From IMG/VR virus record IMGVR_UViG_3300017642_000089: DNA of 64,000 nt; one strand, 5' to 3'. Shown here piece by piece: positions 1-10,734 of the stretch; the first letter of the stretch is position 1, and the number at the start of each line of letters is the position of its first letter. Source of the stretch: an uncultured virus (IMG/VR IMGVR_UViG_3300017642_000089). Lineage: Duplodnaviria; Heunggongvirae; Uroviricota; Caudoviricetes. The notes beneath the pieces were generated by a model, which worked only from the letters and a program-made list of their open reading frames with translations, was not told the origin of the DNA and did not search any database. The translations under genes and the position numbers were made by a program.

Positions 1-2109
1 CTATATCTTGGCCAAGTACGCTTCCAACTGTGGCGTAGACTTCCTTTGTTTCAAGTCTTCCCAGTGAATGCCTATTTGCTCGGACAATTGTGCGGGCTGG
101 ACAAAATATAAAATATGGTTGTGTGTAAGGATGCCATCATCAACAAGCGCCTTGAGAACGGCCCTTCCCACCGCATTCTTCAAGACTCTCCTGTGTTGAA
201 CCTTGTCTCGATATTTTGCCAATCCTCCTTTGGAGTGGGAACGGAAATCGACGAATATTCTTCTCAAACGATTGTACTTTTCTTGTACGTCGTCATTCAT
301 GTGAGAAGAAAGCGATTGGGAGGCAAACCTAACGAGTGGATATTCAAGAGTGTGTTGCTCACACAAAAGTGTCAGCGCGGCATCCTTTGGGGAAAGTATC
401 TCGACGCCCCCTGATATCTTTTCTGACTCGATCATAAGTGCTGTAGGGATAGGCTTATCGTCAACTTTGGCAACACTAATTCTAGAAATAGAGAGCTCTG
501 GTGCTTGGAAATGAACTTCTCTTCCTGCAACCAAACAATCACCGAACACGTCTATCCGTTTGTTACCGTTTATGTTTATGTCGCAAGGGAGATGTACCTT
601 CGCCCCAACAAGAACAGGTCCAAGATTAAATTTGTCTTGAGAGTGAACTTGCGCTTTGAATGAATATTTTTTTTCGTTCTTCTTGTGCTTAAGATCGATG
701 ATGATTGACAGTTCTGCCTCGCTCAATTGTTGAGTATCATCCCAGGAGTCGCCTTCCAAATCAATGGCAACATCGGCATCGAGAGCTAAAAAATCCGAAC
801 AAGACTGCATGAGCATGTTACATGCGGCCAGGGGAATTGCGCCTCCGTTGTGTAGCGCCCCCATGATATATAGCAATAGATAACTCTGCGGATTCTGATT
901 TGCATATTTAATTGCGATCGTTTTGTATTCGTCGACGTCACTTAGCAAGCAACGGACAATAGAAACCGCCGAAAATACAGGGTTTCGCAAGGTGTTGTCA
1001 TTTGTAAATACGTGCTCAGAAAGCCATGTCTCAACAGCATTTTCATATTCTTGGTTGATCGCCAAGTCTGAAATATATTGATGATGTAATGGGACACCAA
1101 GGGATTGTGCGAGAAGACGGGCGCACTGTTCCTCCCGGTTGTATAAGCTATCTTTGAGTGTCTTTCTCAAGCCTCCCTCAAGTTTCTCAACGATCCCATT
1201 GACGAAATTCGGCCACGCTTTTTCCTTTTGATCCCTGTCCAGGAGGTAGTCCCCAATCCGTATGAGAAGATTCACTTCAAGGTCATCGCCCGCCCCCCCC
1301 GCAAGGTTTTGGCAAATCTTGTGGTAATTGCCTTCCTCCCGGAGCAGAGTCGAAATGGCGTCCAGAACTGGCGGATACCCCAGGAAAGTGATGAACTCAT
1401 CTTTCTCCCCATCTGCCGCTTTGAAAGCCGCGCCCAAGGTGTTGAGTATTTCATCCCGGGCCTGAACGTAATTCGCTTCCTGACCTGTTTGAGGCTTCTC
1501 AACATGGACATCAATATATCTCTTGGCTTGATCAAGGTCGAATGCTTCAATCTGGATTAACCCTGTAGCAACACCATTATCTTCCAGGTAGCACCAGGTG
1601 TTTATGAGGGTCTGGCCTCTCCCAAATACAACTATCGAGGTTCGCTCCGCGCCTTTGGTCAATTTGATGATGTTGTCCAGAAAGGCTTCAAAGGCTTCCT
1701 CTGTTACCTTTGAGCGACCTTCGTCAATGCCGTCGATGATGACACCGCATGTGCCGGTCTTCAGGCCAGAGAGAACTTGTCCAATGTTGTTAGGGTAATG
1801 ATCGATAAGGATACCCGCAAGGGAGCTACTGCCAACAGGCTCATGTTTGGCGAGATCAAGGATGGGCATACCTGTGTCTACCGAAAGGGCATGCGCGGTA
1901 CTCGTTTTCCCCGAGGCTCCTACGGCTGAAACCAGAATGATCGTCGGGTGTTCAATGGGGAACTCTTTCTTCGAGAACTTCGGTTCGACATAGGTTTCCT
2001 GACGCTTGTCACATGCGAAAAAGGAGTCAGATTCCACGCCCAGTTCTGCTTGCTGCTTCTGCGAAGTGACAATCGATTTCAGCCCATAGTAGTTCATGCG
2101 CAGCTCCAT
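1..2109 (-). CDS. STAND/NACHT-like P-loop NTPase, uncharacterised (start may be 2169, 2109 or 2097)
   Basis: Walker A SAVGASGKT, Walker B GVIIDGIDE, GYPP motif; stop at 1-3; co-oriented downstream of hsdS. Confidence 0.7.
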   Translation of the reverse strand: MELRMNYYGLKSIVTSQKQQAELGVESDSFFACDKRQETYVEPKFSKKEFPIEHPTIILVSAVGASGKTSTAHALSVDTGMPILDLAKHEPVGSSSLAGILIDHYPNNIGQVLSGLKTGTCGVIIDGIDEGRSKVTEEAFEAFLDNIIKLTKGAERTSIVVFGRGQTLINTWCYLEDNGVATGLIQIEAFDLDQAKRYIDVHVEKPQTGQEANYVQARDEILNTLGAAFKAADGEKDEFITFLGYPPVLDAISTLLREEGNYHKICQNLAGGAGDDLEVNLLIRIGDYLLDRDQKEKAWPNFVNGIVEKLEGGLRKTLKDSLYNREEQCARLLAQSLGVPLHHQYISDLAINQEYENAVETWLSEHVFTNDNTLRNPVFSAVSIVRCLLSDVDEYKTIAIKYANQNPQSYLLLYIMGALHNGGAIPLAACNMLMQSCSDFLALDADVAIDLEGDSWDDTQQLSEAELSIIIDLKHKKNEKKYSFKAQVHSQDKFNLGPVLVGAKVHLPCDININGNKRIDVFGDCLVAGREVHFQAPELSISRISVAKVDDKPIPTALMIESEKISGGVEILSPKDAALTLLCEQHTLEYPLVRFASQSLSSHMNDDVQEKYNRLRRIFVDFRSHSKGGLAKYRDKVQHRRVLKNAVGRAVLKALVDDGILTHNHILYFVQPAQLSEQIGIHWEDLKQRKSTPQLEAYLAKI

Positions 2110-2199
2110 CAGTATTGCGTTGTGGTAGGGAAATAAGTTATTTGATACAGCCTCACATCGGTCATGCATTGTCTTTCATAAATGCCTGCCAGCGGCCTG

Positions 2200-3621
2200 T
2201 CAGTCATGATCGCTGAGATCTTCTTCCGCCTCTTCCGTGAGCGTATTTTCCTCGGCCTCGTCGAGGTCACCCAGGACTTCGCTGGCGTCCACGTCTTCCA
2301 CCTCTATCCCGCGCACATCCAGCTTGCCCGTCACCACGTCTGATATCAGACGGGTGCGGTATTCCCGGATGAGGTCGATTTCCATCTTGGCACGCTCAAT
2401 TAAGTGCTCGACTTTGGACAATTCATCCTCAATTTGTTCCACAATTTGAGCCTGCTCCGATTTCTCTGGCAGTCCGCACTGGAAGTTTTTCATGAAATCC
2501 GTCGGAACCCTTTGTTGTCCGGCAGCTCCCGTCATTGCCTCCTCGCCAAGGATTCGGAATCTTGAAAATCGCGTTATGTAGTAGAGATACTTGGGAAGGA
2601 TTCGGCCCCCTGGCCTCATGACGATAAACTCTGTGGTGCCAAATCCTATTGGCGTCTCCAGTTTGTCAAGGCATGCGCCTTTTCCATTTTCAAAGCAGGG
2701 CGTTATCTTTGCAACAACGATATCGTTCTTAGCGAAATACGTGAAACCTGACCATAACTCAGTGACAGGTCTAACCTCAGTGCAGTTTATTTCTCCTTCC
2801 GTCGAAACCTTTTCCATTGGCAAAAAGACAACGTTATCATTGCGTTGGAGATATTTGGCCGATTCCTGCTTTGAAGGATTGAATCCCACGATTCGCTTGA
2901 GTTTCAATACCTCCCAATGCTCGGGAATATCCCCCAGGTAATCCACACCGGACGGTTTCAGCCGAACATTGAGATCAAGCCCCCGTGTCACAGCGTGGTT
3001 GATGACCGCTTGCTTCTGCTCGTTCAGTAGGGCGATGAGCTTGCGTTTGGCCTGGATGAATCTGGCAATTTGGGTGGTCTTGGCTCGGAGATACTTCTCG
3101 ATGATCCCTTGCTCTCCCTTCGGCGGATAGACGAAGGGGATGCGCAGGAATTGATCGGGGTAGAGGCGAAGCCGTGAAGACCTGATCCCCGTTGACCGGC
3201 ATATGTACTCAGACACAAAGCTCTGAGTGCGAAGCAGGTTGTCCAGGAACAAGCGGGAGTAGGCGTCTTCCCCAAGAGGGCGATACACCCCATAGGAAGG
3301 ACTCACGATGCCCGAATGGCTGGAGACGCCAAGTGCAGCCATCCAGGCCCACATGGTGTTGATTACGATGTCCCCCGGCTTGCACAGCTTCGAGCCGGCA
3401 TACGACTCGGCCTTGAACATGGTGACGTTTTTCTCGGAGCGAGGAGTTATCCCTGTTTTATGAGAAACGGAGAGCAACTCTTCCTCTCCAGTCTCTGAAC
3501 GCTCATCCACCTCACGGAAGAAATACTTGGCCCGCTTTTCGACCCAGTGAGAGGGAATCTGTTCTAGCCAAGACATCTTTGCTGGCTTGTACGAAGGATA
3601 AGGTCTCAAATCTTGTGACAT
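2200..3621 (-). CDS. hsdS: Type I R-M specificity subunit
   Basis: Two TRDs with conserved IPSHW/IPEHW, PP.GEQ/LPE.SEQ, AVTRGLD and DVVTGKLDV regions. Confidence 0.92.
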   Translation of the reverse strand: MSQDLRPYPSYKPAKMSWLEQIPSHWVEKRAKYFFREVDERSETGEEELLSVSHKTGITPRSEKNVTMFKAESYAGSKLCKPGDIVINTMWAWMAALGVSSHSGIVSPSYGVYRPLGEDAYSRLFLDNLLRTQSFVSEYICRSTGIRSSRLRLYPDQFLRIPFVYPPKGEQGIIEKYLRAKTTQIARFIQAKRKLIALLNEQKQAVINHAVTRGLDLNVRLKPSGVDYLGDIPEHWEVLKLKRIVGFNPSKQESAKYLQRNDNVVFLPMEKVSTEGEINCTEVRPVTELWSGFTYFAKNDIVVAKITPCFENGKGACLDKLETPIGFGTTEFIVMRPGGRILPKYLYYITRFSRFRILGEEAMTGAAGQQRVPTDFMKNFQCGLPEKSEQAQIVEQIEDELSKVEHLIERAKMEIDLIREYRTRLISDVVTGKLDVRGIEVEDVDASEVLGDLDEAEENTLTEEAEEDLSDHD

Positions 3622-3622
3622 C

Positions 3623-4426
3623 TCAGCATCTCCCGAGCCCGGTTTGGACGCAGTCATCCAGCTTTCTGTGAAGCAGTGAAATCAGCGAAAGGTAATCTGC
3701 GGCATCATCTTCGCCGGACCAGAGGATCTTTGGTTCATGAGCAAGCGGGTTGCGAACGGCGGCAAAACAGCCTTTGAGCAATGCAGCATACCCTTTGTGC
3801 TCAGATTTTTCAGTTTCCGTTTGAAGTGAGTTGATGGCGAGCATTGGGTACTCGACGGAAAACACCTTGTCCACGAGTGCTGCACCATCTTTTTCAACGC
3901 CTGATAGTTCACGTATCCGTTGGGCAAGCCCCTTGGACGCCTCGAAAACCGCGTGGAAGTAATTGTCCTGCATAAGTTCTACACGACAGTATCTCAGAAC
4001 TTCATGATGCAGCCTTCGGCCTTGAAACTTAGCCTTGATCGTCCGCAATCTGCTCTCGGCTTCATCAAGCGTTTCTGCCGCCTTCTTCTGTCGGAACTGC
4101 CCATCGGCTCCATACTCAAGCCCCGAAAATGCCAGAATGACATTGAGTTCATCACGCCGTTGCTCGAACTCCTCCGATCTTCCCACGAACCGAGCGGGCG
4201 TTACGAAAGACTTGATAAAGTCGAGAACATGGTTGGCGCTATGAAACTGTCGCTGATATTCCAGGAATATGGCGTACAATCGACGCCACTTGGTCGACTG
4301 CCCGGAATTATCCTTCAGCCCCCTGTCATCTAACACTCGCGAGATATCCGAACCTGAACCGCATTCGCCAAGAACCTTGGCAAGGGACTCGACTTGCCCT
4401 TCGGAAAAGGTTGGAAAGCTAGCCAT
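3623..4426 (-). CDS. TIGR02391-family protein with HEPN-like RxxxxH motif
   Basis: NYFHAVFEASK, DGAALVDKVFS, RNPLAHEPK motifs; located in an R-M operon. Confidence 0.8.
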   Translation of the reverse strand: MASFPTFSEGQVESLAKVLGECGSGSDISRVLDDRGLKDNSGQSTKWRRLYAIFLEYQRQFHSANHVLDFIKSFVTPARFVGRSEEFEQRRDELNVILAFSGLEYGADGQFRQKKAAETLDEAESRLRTIKAKFQGRRLHHEVLRYCRVELMQDNYFHAVFEASKGLAQRIRELSGVEKDGAALVDKVFSVEYPMLAINSLQTETEKSEHKGYAALLKGCFAAVRNPLAHEPKILWSGEDDAADYLSLISLLHRKLDDCVQTGLGRC

Positions 4427-4469
4427 TACGTATATTGCCTCTACTTCAATGGCGGTTTAAATTTCACTA

Positions 4470-6578
4470 TTAGTGGTCTAACCCGTCACCATTGCCGAGC
4501 TGCCGCTCTAGAGCTTGGCGAACGAGCCCCATGACATATGGCAAGTCTTCCATCGACTCCAGGCCGAGTTCGACATCCCCATTTCCCCAGCGCCCAACAT
4601 TCGATACATCCCTGCATATCTCACGCGGATCATTAATTTCATGGAATCGCATATTCAGAGACAAACGAAGCCGTTTCGCCTGCGGGACGACATCAACAAA
4701 ATTTGTTTCCGCCTTGTACGCCACGTATAGTTTGAGAAATTCTTCGCTGACGCATTCATCCAGCGCCAGCACCTCCCGCCGGAACGCCTCGAAGAGGTTC
4801 CTCATGTCACCAGCAGCGGCAAGATAGGGATGGTCGTCTATGGAGTACGTCTCAAGCCTTTCCTGCTTCGGGCGATATGCTTCGAGAATGCTTTCTGGCA
4901 CAACTGGTGATTTCCAAACCTGATTTGCTAGGTCCGCTAGCCGCTCAGCCCGCGCCTGAATTGCATCAAGATTCCACGTGTCCAAAGCGCCTAATCCAGC
5001 ATTTAACTTCAATGGGCTTTCCTTGAATCCCCCATCCATGTCGCGCTTTGTCTCAAAGGAATTATCGCTGTATTCTGAGTTGTATCCGGTCAGCGTCAGG
5101 TTGCCGAGAGTATGCAACCAAACTTCTTGAGTCTGCTTCCACTCCGAACCCAATGCTTCTTGCCATTCTTTGGATAGGTTTGGATTTTGGGGGAGGATAT
5201 GCTCAATAGTGTATTCATCAACCGAGACACGCTCTTTTCGTCCGTGGTTTTCTATGCGTCGGAGCCAATAGCTACGGTTACGGAAGTAGTATAGATTGCG
5301 TATCTTCAATTCCCGCTTGAATTCATCGTCTTTCGGGAAGCGCCGATAGGATGGTAGCAGAAGAAAATGAGCCAAGATGCTTTCGATGTAACGATCTTTC
5401 TTCAAGGATCGACTGAACGTCGTGAATGTCTTGTTAAGAGAATTTGTCGGTATGGAGCATACAGCACGTCTAAATACATATGCCTCAATTGCTCTTACGG
5501 CGATAACGAAGTCTTCCCTGGAAAAATCATCTACGTGATAGTCGTGGTACAGCTCCAGCAGAAAGGGATAAGCGACCTCGACTTTCAGCTCGCGGAGGTC
5601 GCGGAAAGCCATTGCTAAATCTTTATCAGGCTCCTTCCCGAGAGCCATGAAGCAGTAGTGGCAGGAAAAGGTGTGTATATCCTCAACCAGCTTATCTACT
5701 CCCTGGATGGTAATGCGAGGCTCCCGCGTAAACTCCTTGAAGGCGTCATATACCTCGCTGATCTTTGGGATCTGTCCTGTTTTTAGGGTTAGGTAATGGC
5801 GCATGAAGGCGTCAAAATGTGATGTGTACGCCTCCTGCCCGAAGGCGACTTCCATCGGTCGCCAATGGTCTTCATAGAGACGTGTCTGGTGGTCGGGCTC
5901 AAGCCCCATTAAAACGTAGTTTCGGATCAAATCCGCTTGACTCAACTCTTTACCCGTCGAGTTCATGCATTCGAAGATCAGCTGAGGGTTGTCCTGCCCG
6001 CTATCCAGTGAGATATCGACAATAATAAGCTTCGCAAGCCCATTACAAAAAGTGGAAATGTCGGCACCAAGCCCACGGATCAAATGCTCAAATAGTTCGA
6101 AATTCTCCTTGATACGGAGGGAGTGCTCTTCAGGCAACGCCTTTTGCTGGACCAATGAAAGCAAACTGTCCTTGTCGGTTTTGCTCAGAATGAGTTTAAA
6201 TCCTCGCTCGCCCTCTTCAAGGGGGTTGAGAAGGTAATAGCTGCGGAGCTTTTTGGCTGAGAAGCCTTCTACGGGCTCCTCATCCTTAAGCGCTCGGGAC
6301 AGGGCTTCGATGATCAATGATATAGTGGTCAGGCGCTGCTGCCCATCAATGACCAGCAGTGGAGGCTGATAAGAGACGCTGTATAACCCCTTTTCTATAT
6401 AAACTATGGAGCCAACAAAATGCGCCGTGACGTCCTCATTACGACCTGCCCTCAGGATGTCGTCCCATAACTGCTTGCATTCCCTTTCAGTCCAGCTATA
6501 AACTCGCTGGTAAATTGGTATGACAAACTGGGGCGATTTTTTCATAAACCCCAGAAGCTTCGCTTCAGTGGCCTTCAT
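4470..6578 (-). CDS. GmrSD-like type IV restriction protein (DUF262 + DUF1524 HNH + C-terminal DUF5655-like domain)
   Basis: IPIYQR.YSW, IDGQQRLTT, IFECMNSTG, EHILPQ, LGNLTL, GRWGNGDVE. Confidence 0.88.
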   Translation of the reverse strand: MKATEAKLLGFMKKSPQFVIPIYQRVYSWTERECKQLWDDILRAGRNEDVTAHFVGSIVYIEKGLYSVSYQPPLLVIDGQQRLTTISLIIEALSRALKDEEPVEGFSAKKLRSYYLLNPLEEGERGFKLILSKTDKDSLLSLVQQKALPEEHSLRIKENFELFEHLIRGLGADISTFCNGLAKLIIVDISLDSGQDNPQLIFECMNSTGKELSQADLIRNYVLMGLEPDHQTRLYEDHWRPMEVAFGQEAYTSHFDAFMRHYLTLKTGQIPKISEVYDAFKEFTREPRITIQGVDKLVEDIHTFSCHYCFMALGKEPDKDLAMAFRDLRELKVEVAYPFLLELYHDYHVDDFSREDFVIAVRAIEAYVFRRAVCSIPTNSLNKTFTTFSRSLKKDRYIESILAHFLLLPSYRRFPKDDEFKRELKIRNLYYFRNRSYWLRRIENHGRKERVSVDEYTIEHILPQNPNLSKEWQEALGSEWKQTQEVWLHTLGNLTLTGYNSEYSDNSFETKRDMDGGFKESPLKLNAGLGALDTWNLDAIQARAERLADLANQVWKSPVVPESILEAYRPKQERLETYSIDDHPYLAAAGDMRNLFEAFRREVLALDECVSEEFLKLYVAYKAETNFVDVVPQAKRLRLSLNMRFHEINDPREICRDVSNVGRWGNGDVELGLESMEDLPYVMGLVRQALERQLGNGDGLDH

Positions 6579-8686
6579 AGTTCCGCCCTCTCGCCAATAA
6601 TCGCATCAAGCAACCCTTCCGATTCCTGCCCAAGCGCCAGGATGTCAGCCTTGATTTCATCCAGGGTCCGCAAGGGCTGCGGCTTGTAAAAGTATCTAGC
6701 GAAGGAGACTTCGTAGCCGATCAACGTCTTGTCGTGGTCGATCCAGGCGTCGGGCGCATAGGGCAGAACTTCCCTTTCAAAAAAGGCCTGGATGCCTCCT
6801 TCCTCCAAGAACGGAACCTGCTCCGTGTCGCGCAGTTCGCTGTCGGGTTCGTACTCGATGGTCCCGTCCTTGTGTCTCTTCTTGATCACTTCTGCCGCGT
6901 CTCCGTCCTTGGCCGCAAGCACTCCGCTGAGGAGCTTCTTGCGCTTGGCAGTCAACTTGAGATCGTACTCTTTCGCGACAGCCTTCACCGCCTCCATGAA
7001 CTTGTTGAAATCCATGTGAGGCCCTTCGCCCAACATATCCACCAGCTCAGACAGAAGCATCTCGCAGAATTTTACTTCGTTGTCTTTGGCGCAGGCAGCT
7101 TTGAATTCCTCCAGGCGCTCTACGGTCAGGTCAACTCGAAGCCGCAAGGGGCGCTCCACCGTGATCTTCCAGTAGCCGAATGCCTCGTTGGGAAAAATTT
7201 TGGACTTTTCATTGTCCTCAAAGTTCATAAAAGTATCAAGAATCAGCTTGATATGCTCCGATGCGAGTTCACAGTTCTTTTTTCCGAGGTTCTTTCGCAG
7301 GGGGCGGAACCACTCGGTGGCGTCTATAAGCTGGACCTTGCCCTTGCGATGGTCTGGCTTGCGGTTGGACAGCACCCAAATGTAGGTGGCGATACCCGTG
7401 TTGTAGAACATGTTCAGCGGCAAGGCGATGATGGCTTCGAGCCAATCGTTCTCGATGATCCAACGCCGAATGTTGCTTTCGCCCTGACCCGCGTCACCGG
7501 TGAACAGGCTGGAGCCGTTATGAATCGTGGCCACCCGACTCCCCATGGAGGAATCGTGCTTCATCTTGGAGAGCATGTTCACCAGGAACATGAGCTGCCC
7601 GTCGCTGGATCGCGTTACCAGCGGAAACTCGGGGTCTTCTCCATGATTAACCACGAACCGGAGGTCTAGCATCTCCTTTTTGTCGCCGCCGCATAGCCGG
7701 TCCAGATCGGTCTTCCAGCTTTTCCCATAGGGAGGGTTAGCGAGCATAAAGTCGAAACGAGTACTGGGGAATGAGTCGTTTGAGAGCGTCGAGCCAAATT
7801 TGATGTTGTCGGCTTCGTCACCCTCGCCTTTGAGCAGGAGATCCGCCTTGCAAATCGCGTAAGTCTCCGCGTTGATCTCCTGCCCGTATAGATGGATGGA
7901 GACCTCTTTTTTCTGTTCTTGGGCCAGCCCTGTCAGCACTTCATCCGAGACAGTGAGCATACCACCCGTTCCGCAGGCACAGTCATACACGAGGTAGGTT
8001 CCCGAGCCGATTTTCTCGGCCACGGGACGGAAGATGAGGGTCGCCATGAGGCTGACGACTTCCCGAGGGGTGAAGTGCTCTCCGGCCTCTTCGTTGTTCT
8101 CCTCGCTGAACCGCCTGATGAGTTCTTCAAAGACATAGCCCATGTCGTGGTTGGACAGTCCGGGTTTGTCGATTTCACCCTTGCCGTTCAGCACCGGCTG
8201 AGGGCTCAGGTTGATGCTTGGCGAAACGAATTTATCGATGAGGTGTCCCAGGGCGTCCGCGTCATCCAGCTTTTTAAGCTGATTCCTGAAATCAAATTTT
8301 TCAATGATCTCCTGGACGTTGGGCGAAAATCCGTCCAGGTAGTCTTTGAAGTTGGCGACCAATTGTTTTGGGGTGTTCAGCAGACTTTTGAGGGTGAACT
8401 TTGACGTATTGTAAAAGGCCTGCTTCGAGGACTGCCGCAACGCAGCGTCCTGGTTCATGATCCCAGCATCATCAAGGAGTCTTTTTTGCTTGAGGATATC
8501 TTCTTTGGTAGGTTCCAGCAAACAGTCTAAGCGACGAATAACTGTCATGGGGAGTATGACATCGCGATACTTGCCCCGGACATACACATCACGAAGGACA
8601 TCGTCGGCGATATTCCATATGAAATTAGCAATGGTAGTATGCGCTGCGCCGTTCACCATAATCTCCAATAGTTCGCGATTTTGCAT
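6575..8686 (-). CDS. hsdM: Type I R-M methyltransferase subunit (N6-adenine)
   Basis: GEHFTPREV, YDCACGTGGML (motif I), NPPY (motif IV), YEPDSELRDTEQVP C-terminus. Confidence 0.95.
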   Translation of the reverse strand: MQNRELLEIMVNGAAHTTIANFIWNIADDVLRDVYVRGKYRDVILPMTVIRRLDCLLEPTKEDILKQKRLLDDAGIMNQDAALRQSSKQAFYNTSKFTLKSLLNTPKQLVANFKDYLDGFSPNVQEIIEKFDFRNQLKKLDDADALGHLIDKFVSPSINLSPQPVLNGKGEIDKPGLSNHDMGYVFEELIRRFSEENNEEAGEHFTPREVVSLMATLIFRPVAEKIGSGTYLVYDCACGTGGMLTVSDEVLTGLAQEQKKEVSIHLYGQEINAETYAICKADLLLKGEGDEADNIKFGSTLSNDSFPSTRFDFMLANPPYGKSWKTDLDRLCGGDKKEMLDLRFVVNHGEDPEFPLVTRSSDGQLMFLVNMLSKMKHDSSMGSRVATIHNGSSLFTGDAGQGESNIRRWIIENDWLEAIIALPLNMFYNTGIATYIWVLSNRKPDHRKGKVQLIDATEWFRPLRKNLGKKNCELASEHIKLILDTFMNFEDNEKSKIFPNEAFGYWKITVERPLRLRVDLTVERLEEFKAACAKDNEVKFCEMLLSELVDMLGEGPHMDFNKFMEAVKAVAKEYDLKLTAKRKKLLSGVLAAKDGDAAEVIKKRHKDGTIEYEPDSELRDTEQVPFLEEGGIQAFFEREVLPYAPDAWIDHDKTLIGYEVSFARYFYKPQPLRTLDEIKADILALGQESEGLLDAIIGERAEL

Positions 8687-8730
8687 CCAAAAAACGAGAG
8701 GCTCCGAAGAACCTCTCGCAAGTAATCGCA

Positions 8731-9909
8731 TCAAACTCCAACAAGGCTGGGCAACTTCCCCACCGCCTTTTCCTTCTCGCCTTCCAGGTAGTGGTAGTAA
8801 ACATCAGCGGTCATCTTCACCGTCGAGTGCCCCATTAGCTTCGAAACCGCCGCCAAATCTGCGCCATTGGCGAGCATGGTCGTGGCGAAAAGATGCCGCA
8901 GGTCGTACATCCGCACATCAACCGTAATTCCGGCTTTGGCGCATGCCTTATTGAATCCACCTCGAATCGTCTTCACCGGTTTGCCCGCATACTCAACGAG
9001 ATATCCAGATCTAGATGTTTCCCGCATCACCCGCAAGCGTTCCAGGAAAGCCGCCATCACCGGGACCGTCCGAAAGGTCTTCGTCTTGGTCGCGTAAATC
9101 CGCACCGTCCCAGCGTCGAAGTCAACGTGCTCCCACCGGAGGGCGAAGAGCTCCGAGGGTCCCGGGCGAGTCCCCAGGTTGAAGCAAACCTCCATCGCCC
9201 AGCGGATATGCGGTTCAGCATGGTCCATAATCCGGCGGATGTCATCCACGGACACCTGGACATCCCGGGGACGCTCCTTCGCTTTCTTCCGACCCTTCAT
9301 CGGGCTCTTGGAAATGAGTTCCATTTCCATCCCGAAGTTGAAGATCGCGTCCACGTAGTCACAGTACCGATTCACCGTGGTCTGGGACCGTGGCTTGCCA
9401 GTCTGTGGGCTGACCCCTTGCATCTGGCGGATGAACGGGACAATGTCCTTCAGGTACGTCATCCCGGCTACCGGGGCATCCTTGCCGAGGATGTCGAAGA
9501 ACATGTGTTTGAGCAAGCTTTCAAGATTGGCAATGTGCTTCTCAGTCCGCCCCGACACTCGCAAGTGGTCCAGATACATCATCGAAAGCTGGCCAAAGGT
9601 AATTCCAGCCACAGGGGTAGACACGACAGGAGCCACTAACGGGGCCACCGCTAGTGCCGTCGTCACCTGGACGACTGGTTCAACAGCTGGCGCGGCGTTT
9701 TGGGCATTGAGGATCGTGCCTGTCACCGTTTCGATGACCGGAGCCACCTGAACAGGCGCTATGCCCTCGGCTTTCGCTTGCTGAATCGCAAAGTCGTAAG
9801 CCTCAGCCCGAAGTCGAGCCTCGTCGCCTCGGCCAAAAGATTTATCGTGCCGTTTGCAGTTCTCATGCCAATAGACCATATAACGCCCATCGCGTTGATA
9901 GATTCCCAT
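8731..9909 (-). CDS. Tyrosine integrase with N-terminal arm-binding-like domain and Ala/Val/Pro linker
   Basis: GTRPG, KT, YDLRH, LMGHS, YYH catalytic residues. Confidence 0.9.
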   Translation of the reverse strand: MGIYQRDGRYMVYWHENCKRHDKSFGRGDEARLRAEAYDFAIQQAKAEGIAPVQVAPVIETVTGTILNAQNAAPAVEPVVQVTTALAVAPLVAPVVSTPVAGITFGQLSMMYLDHLRVSGRTEKHIANLESLLKHMFFDILGKDAPVAGMTYLKDIVPFIRQMQGVSPQTGKPRSQTTVNRYCDYVDAIFNFGMEMELISKSPMKGRKKAKERPRDVQVSVDDIRRIMDHAEPHIRWAMEVCFNLGTRPGPSELFALRWEHVDFDAGTVRIYATKTKTFRTVPVMAAFLERLRVMRETSRSGYLVEYAGKPVKTIRGGFNKACAKAGITVDVRMYDLRHLFATTMLANGADLAAVSKLMGHSTVKMTADVYYHYLEGEKEKAVGKLPSLVGV

Positions 9910-10040
9910 ACAAATCTCCATTGTTGTTGAAGTTGACAAAGGATTTAGACCCTGAGCAGCAATGCTATTCAGGTCTTTGAAAAACCATTTGAAAACGAGT
10001 GATTGAAGCAAAAGGGGCAGAACACCCCTTTTTTGGAAAG

Positions 10041-10598
10041 TTAGATTGTATTCAGAAGAATTTCCTCTACTTCCTCCTCCTGTACGCCGAGATAACGTCT
10101 TGTTATCGATGGGCTGCTGTGGTTAAGCCGCTTCGCCAAAACTTCCCAGCTGACACCAAATGTCTTCCGTTGATGGTAACACCACGTTTTTCGAAGCGTG
10201 TGAGCCCCGAAGTTGCCGACGAGGTTGATTTCGTCAGCCCAGCGTTGCACCATCTGCGTAACCGCATAGGTTGTCAGTGGATAGTTTCTTCCCTTCCTGC
10301 TCTTAAACAGGAAATGATCGTCTTTAGGGTCAATGGTCTGCAAGTAGTCTTGAAGAGCAGCAAAGATCTCCTTGTTCATGATGAACACGTTTTCCTTGCC
10401 GGTCTTCTTTTCTTTGACAGCGATCCTATCGCCGATCTTGCACGTTTTGACGTCACCGATTTTGAGCGCGAGGATGTCCTGCACTCGAAGCCCAGAGTTG
10501 ATTCCCACGATGAATAGGAGTCGAGACCTGAGGTTGTTGCTTAAAAGCTTCTTGATGCTTTTAATGTTCTTCAAATCGATGATGGGTTCTACTTTCAT
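10041..10598 (-). CDS. Small tyrosine recombinase (catalytic domain only, resolvase-like)
   Basis: SGLRVQD, KKTG, HTLRKT, LNHSS, RYLG; GGAGG RBS. Confidence 0.9.
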   Translation of the reverse strand: MKVEPIIDLKNIKSIKKLLSNNLRSRLLFIVGINSGLRVQDILALKIGDVKTCKIGDRIAVKEKKTGKENVFIMNKEIFAALQDYLQTIDPKDDHFLFKSRKGRNYPLTTYAVTQMVQRWADEINLVGNFGAHTLRKTWCYHQRKTFGVSWEVLAKRLNHSSPSITRRYLGVQEEEVEEILLNTI

Positions 10599-10734
10599 AG
10601 GTAACTTCCTCCAAAGTTCGATTTTGGTTTTAAATGATGGGTAAACCCACATTCAAAACAGGGGGAGAGTCGGAGGTCCCGGGCCAACCGGAACGATCCT
10701 GTTGGAATTCAAAGACTTTTGAAGGCTTTGGTCC

